Assembly (NCBI GenBank): GCA_005888745.1
Contig: VBBS01000030.1
Span: 140,175 to 204,174 of the forward strand
Source: Candidatus Bathyarchaeota archaeon
Lineage (GTDB): Archaea > Thermoproteota > Bathyarchaeia > 40CM-2-53-6
Length of the DNA: 64,000 bases
Direction of reading: 5' to 3'
Under the pieces are notes generated by a model. The model did no database searches. It was not told the DNA's origin and saw nothing but the letters and a program-made list of their open reading frames with translations. The position numbers and the translations under genes are program-made. Shown here in pieces: positions 60,951 to 64,000 of the stretch (its first letter is position 1; each line of letters begins with the position of its first letter).

Positions 60951-61526
60951 TTGGCTAGGAAGAAACCTGTTACGTCAGAGAAAGTCCGGAACAAGGGGCA
61001 TATGCGAGCCAAGCTAAAGTTCTGGGGGATCATACTCATTGCAATGGCAGTCACAGGTGGTGCGCTCTACTTTTACTACAGTTACACTTTGAGTCTTGGG
61101 CCGCAGCCGTACCAGGCGATTTTCAGACTCAACATTACTCTAGCGAACCCGGACAATACGAGCCAGGTCAAAGGGGTGTATATTCCTTCAGGGGTCGGTG
61201 TCTTCCCGAGCCTTTGGATTGATCACAGGCTGGACAAGTATGGCGTGGATGGTCGGGCGCCACTGTATACGTTAGACTCGAGTGGGATAGTGCGGATCCA
61301 GTCGAACGCGTACCTGAACTATACGCTAGGCGACTTCTTCACCATCTGGGGACAATTCTTCAACGGAACATGCCTCCACATCGACAGACTATACTGCGAC
61401 AGTCTCTCCTCTGGCAGCGGCATGGTGTGGGGGTTCTACGTTAACGGGCAATTCAATGGCAACTTCGGGGCCTACATAGTTAAGGACCAAGACTACCTGC
61501 GATTGTCTTACGCAGCCGTCGCCTGA
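60951..61526 (+). CDS. Membrane-anchored hypothetical protein
   Basis: Basic N-terminus followed by one TM helix and an extracytoplasmic domain. Confidence 0.4.
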   Translation: MARKKPVTSEKVRNKGHMRAKLKFWGIILIAMAVTGGALYFYYSYTLSLGPQPYQAIFRLNITLANPDNTSQVKGVYIPSGVGVFPSLWIDHRLDKYGVDGRAPLYTLDSSGIVRIQSNAYLNYTLGDFFTIWGQFFNGTCLHIDRLYCDSLSSGSGMVWGFYVNGQFNGNFGAYIVKDQDYLRLSYAAVA

Positions 61527-62291
61527 TAGGTCCATCGCGAATTTCATCTGGTTTCTAGACAGAACCGAAAGCCTAGTTTGCCAGGATTGTTAGAGGATTG
61601 AGTGGGTATTCAAGCGTAGGAATTCAGCGACTCTAATTCTCTTCGGCATCACATATCCTGGTTCTGATAATTCTCCGGGTCACCGAACATCACTATTTGC
61701 CCTGATACTTTTGGGTGAGACTAAGCCCCGGCTAGCCAGTACCCGCATATTCGAGTAGAATACCGGGACCGGGCAGAGTTTCCTCTGCTATCTGCTAGAT
61801 GAAAGGAGTAGGTCTCTGTGCCCTAACCCGGGCTATGCCTGCGTGGCTGGATTCGGGATTTCACGGATTCCACGCGTGGAATCTGGACGATAGCAATCCA
61901 GATCCCTCCCACCCCCAGACTCCAATCTCCCTCGGAGGTCAACTACTCGACGCCCATCTAGAAAACTGTCATGTTGAAGCCTGATTATATGATAGGGGTG
62001 TTAGTGAACGCGAATCGCTATGCGACCATCTCCCCCTAGATTATTTATTTTTCTTAGCTCTTGCCATGGGTTGCGTTCAATTTCCTTTGGCAACATCCGG
62101 ACCCCCTCTGATCCTGGGGATCTGCCCTGTGGCGGGTTGTGCACTTTGTAGCGTTTTTTCTATGAGCCTGTTTTCGGCTTCTGGTTATATCCATGATTAC
62201 CTTTGGCTATCGACAGTTGTCTTTGAATCGCAAACTCTTATATTGCCAACACGTGGAACCCGTCTCCACGTACTATCTAGAGTGTAATTGA

Positions 62292-64000
62292 ATGACCACT
62301 AAGAAACCTGTACTGATAGTTTTGGTAATCCTCCTGTTAGCCGGATTGTTTGCGACCCAGAATGTTATCCCTGTCCATGCGGCGAAGTGGACTCTGAACC
62401 AGGACGCGAACAATACAAGCACCGCGAATGATGTTCTTATTCAGACTACAGGTTCGTTTGCTAAGTCTTTTCGTATCGGCGCTGTTTTGACTAACGCGTC
62501 TTCCACGAACCCGTTGACTGTTTTCGGCTGGCAGTTCACGATCAACTATGATGCTACCCTTTTTGTGCCTCAAGGTGATCCTAGTGCGGCGGCGACGTAT
62601 CCTGATGGTGCTGCTAACACGGTTATCTTTGGTTCTCAGACGACTGCCGGGACCGTGAACTGGGCTGGGAAGATAGCGGCCCAGCAGGCGTTCGCGACTA
62701 CTACCAACTCGGTTTCTGGTAGTGTTGGACAGTTTACTGTCGCGTACACTATTCTCGCTCCTAACCCTGCAGTGACTATCACTGCGCCTAATCTGTTCGC
62801 GTCTGTCTCGTTTGAAATTGTGAGTATGCAGACTGCCGCTCAAACGTTCACTATTAGCAATGTTATCTTTGTCGATTCGACTGGAGGCAATATTGCGGGT
62901 GTTGCTGGGGGCCCTCCAGTAACCGAGACGATCACCGACTCTCCGCCAGTCGCGAGGATGGTTATGACTCGTGAGCCTGTTGGTTCAGCTAACTGTGTCC
63001 CTGCCTGTTCTGCTTATGCTTTCCAGTTTGATGGTTCTACCAGTACTGCTGCTAGCGGGACGATTGCGAATCCGGGCGGTTACTTCTGGGACTTTGGTGA
63101 TGGTTTCCAGGATCTGGGTGTGACGGGTCCGGTTGTGATTCATGATTATCAGGCGGCCGGTGCGGTTGTTCCTGCGAACTATAATGTTACTTTGAGGGTT
63201 CAGGATACTGCTGGGAACACGGGTGCTGCTCGTGATGGGCTTGGTAATGTGATTCTGAATGTTCAGCCTAGTCATACTCAGGTATTGAATCTTCATGTTG
63301 ATATTCCTCCAACCGCCAGCTTCACTACTACTCCGTCGAGCGGCAGCTCCCCGCTGACCGTAAGCTTCGATGGTTCTGCGAGTGCTCCAGGACAGGCCGG
63401 CACAACTATCACCACGTACTTCTGGAACTTTGGTGATGGTTCAGCTGTACAGACAACCACCACAGCAACGACAAGTCATGTCTATACTGTTTCAACTACA
63501 ACCACGTTCACAGCTTCCTTGATTGTCCAGGATAATCTGGGTGCGAACTCGACCAGCGCAACACATCAAATCATGGTCACGTCGGGTGTGACTATTCATC
63601 CCACTACAACCACGGTCTCCTGTACCAGCCCAGTTGTGATCAATCAGGGTTCGACCTGCACTGTTACCGTCACGGACACTTCTTCATCTGGAGCGACGAC
63701 GCCCACGGGCACTGTATCTCTAGGCGAGACCGGTGTCACAGGCACCTTCACAACGTGCACCTTATCCGGCACGACATCTGCCGCCACATGCACCTCGACA
63801 TTTACCGCTACCACTTCGGGGACAGCATCCGTAACAGCGAATTATCCAGGTGATTCGACCCACGCTGCCACTAGCGGAACAACCAGTATTACCGTAAACT
63901 TGCGTGCAACATCGACAACCGTGTCCTGCACAACTCCGATTGTCGTGAATCAGGGTTCAACCTGTAACGTCACAGTCGCGGACACTTCCCCAGGCACGTT
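62292..64000 (+). CDS. PKD-domain cell-surface protein, paralog of 52311..55341. Partial: it runs off the end of the window. It is absent from the ORF track because it has no stop codon.
   Basis: ATG at 62292. Signal peptide MTTKKPVLIVLVILLLAGLFA. The N-terminal domain is about 60% identical to the 55341 protein (FRIGAVLTNASSTNP...GWQFTINYDATLFVPQGDPSAAATYPDG). PKD motifs YFWDFGDGF and YFWNFGDGS. Confidence 0.65.
   Translation, partial: MTTKKPVLIVLVILLLAGLFATQNVIPVHAAKWTLNQDANNTSTANDVLIQTTGSFAKSFRIGAVLTNASSTNPLTVFGWQFTINYDATLFVPQGDPSAAATYPDGAANTVIFGSQTTAGTVNWAGKIAAQQAFATTTNSVSGSVGQFTVAYTILAPNPAVTITAPNLFASVSFEIVSMQTAAQTFTISNVIFVDSTGGNIAGVAGGPPVTETITDSPPVARMVMTREPVGSANCVPACSAYAFQFDGSTSTAASGTIANPGGYFWDFGDGFQDLGVTGPVVIHDYQAAGAVVPANYNVTLRVQDTAGNTGAARDGLGNVILNVQPSHTQVLNLHVDIPPTASFTTTPSSGSSPLTVSFDGSASAPGQAGTTITTYFWNFGDGSAVQTTTTATTSHVYTVSTTTTFTASLIVQDNLGANSTSATHQIMVTSGVTIHPTTTTVSCTSPVVINQGSTCTVTVTDTSSSGATTPTGTVSLGETGVTGTFTTCTLSGTTSAATCTSTFTATTSGTASVTANYPGDSTHAATSGTTSITVNLRATSTTVSCTTPIVVNQGSTCNVTVADTSPGT

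Noticed and set aside
1-64000. CRISPR arrays, integrases/transposases, toxin-antitoxin or known defence-system genes
   Set aside because: No direct-repeat/spacer periodicity was seen. No tyrosine/serine recombinase, DDE transposase, Cas, restriction-modification or abortive-infection signatures were recognised in any listed ORF or in the intergenic translations I examined.

Overview
The window reads as a stretch of an archaeal chromosome, roughly 50-55% GC by eye. Archaeal markers are Alba, Sec61-beta, an A/V-type ATPase A-B-D cluster, tRNAs with bulge-helix-bulge-type introns and genomically encoded CCA, a TFS-like zinc ribbon and a multi-OB RPA-like protein. Housekeeping genes include a fused indolepyruvate:ferredoxin oxidoreductase, ThyX, atpA/atpB/atpD, glyA, pgk, rpiA, a class-III aminotransferase, a Lhr-type helicase, Alba and Sec61-beta. 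Between them lie membrane, secreted and cell-surface proteins: an M10-like metalloprotease, an S8 subtilase and two paralogous PKD-domain surface proteins. No CRISPR array, integrase or transposase was recognised. The observations most worth a second look are these. (1) Both atpA and atpB carry LAGLIDADG inteins. (2) A roughly 350-nt structured repeat occurs in two full inverted copies (18.35 and 48.75-49.1 kb) plus one partial copy (24.8 kb), with hairpin-preserving covariation. (3) thyX is preceded by a degenerate ThyX-like paralog. (4) Four intron-containing tRNAs are present, one tRNA-Thr with an extra insertion in the D-arm. (5) pgk is disrupted by a homopolymer frameshift and the large PKD protein by a second frameshift. 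(6) A SWIM - Lhr helicase - RPA - thioredoxin gene row sits next to a divergently oriented metallophosphoesterase. (7) A VOC-family gene remnant abuts a tRNA. No coherent, clearly novel multi-gene system such as a defence island could be supported from sequence alone. The repeat family and the replication/repair gene neighbourhood are the best candidates for something undescribed.
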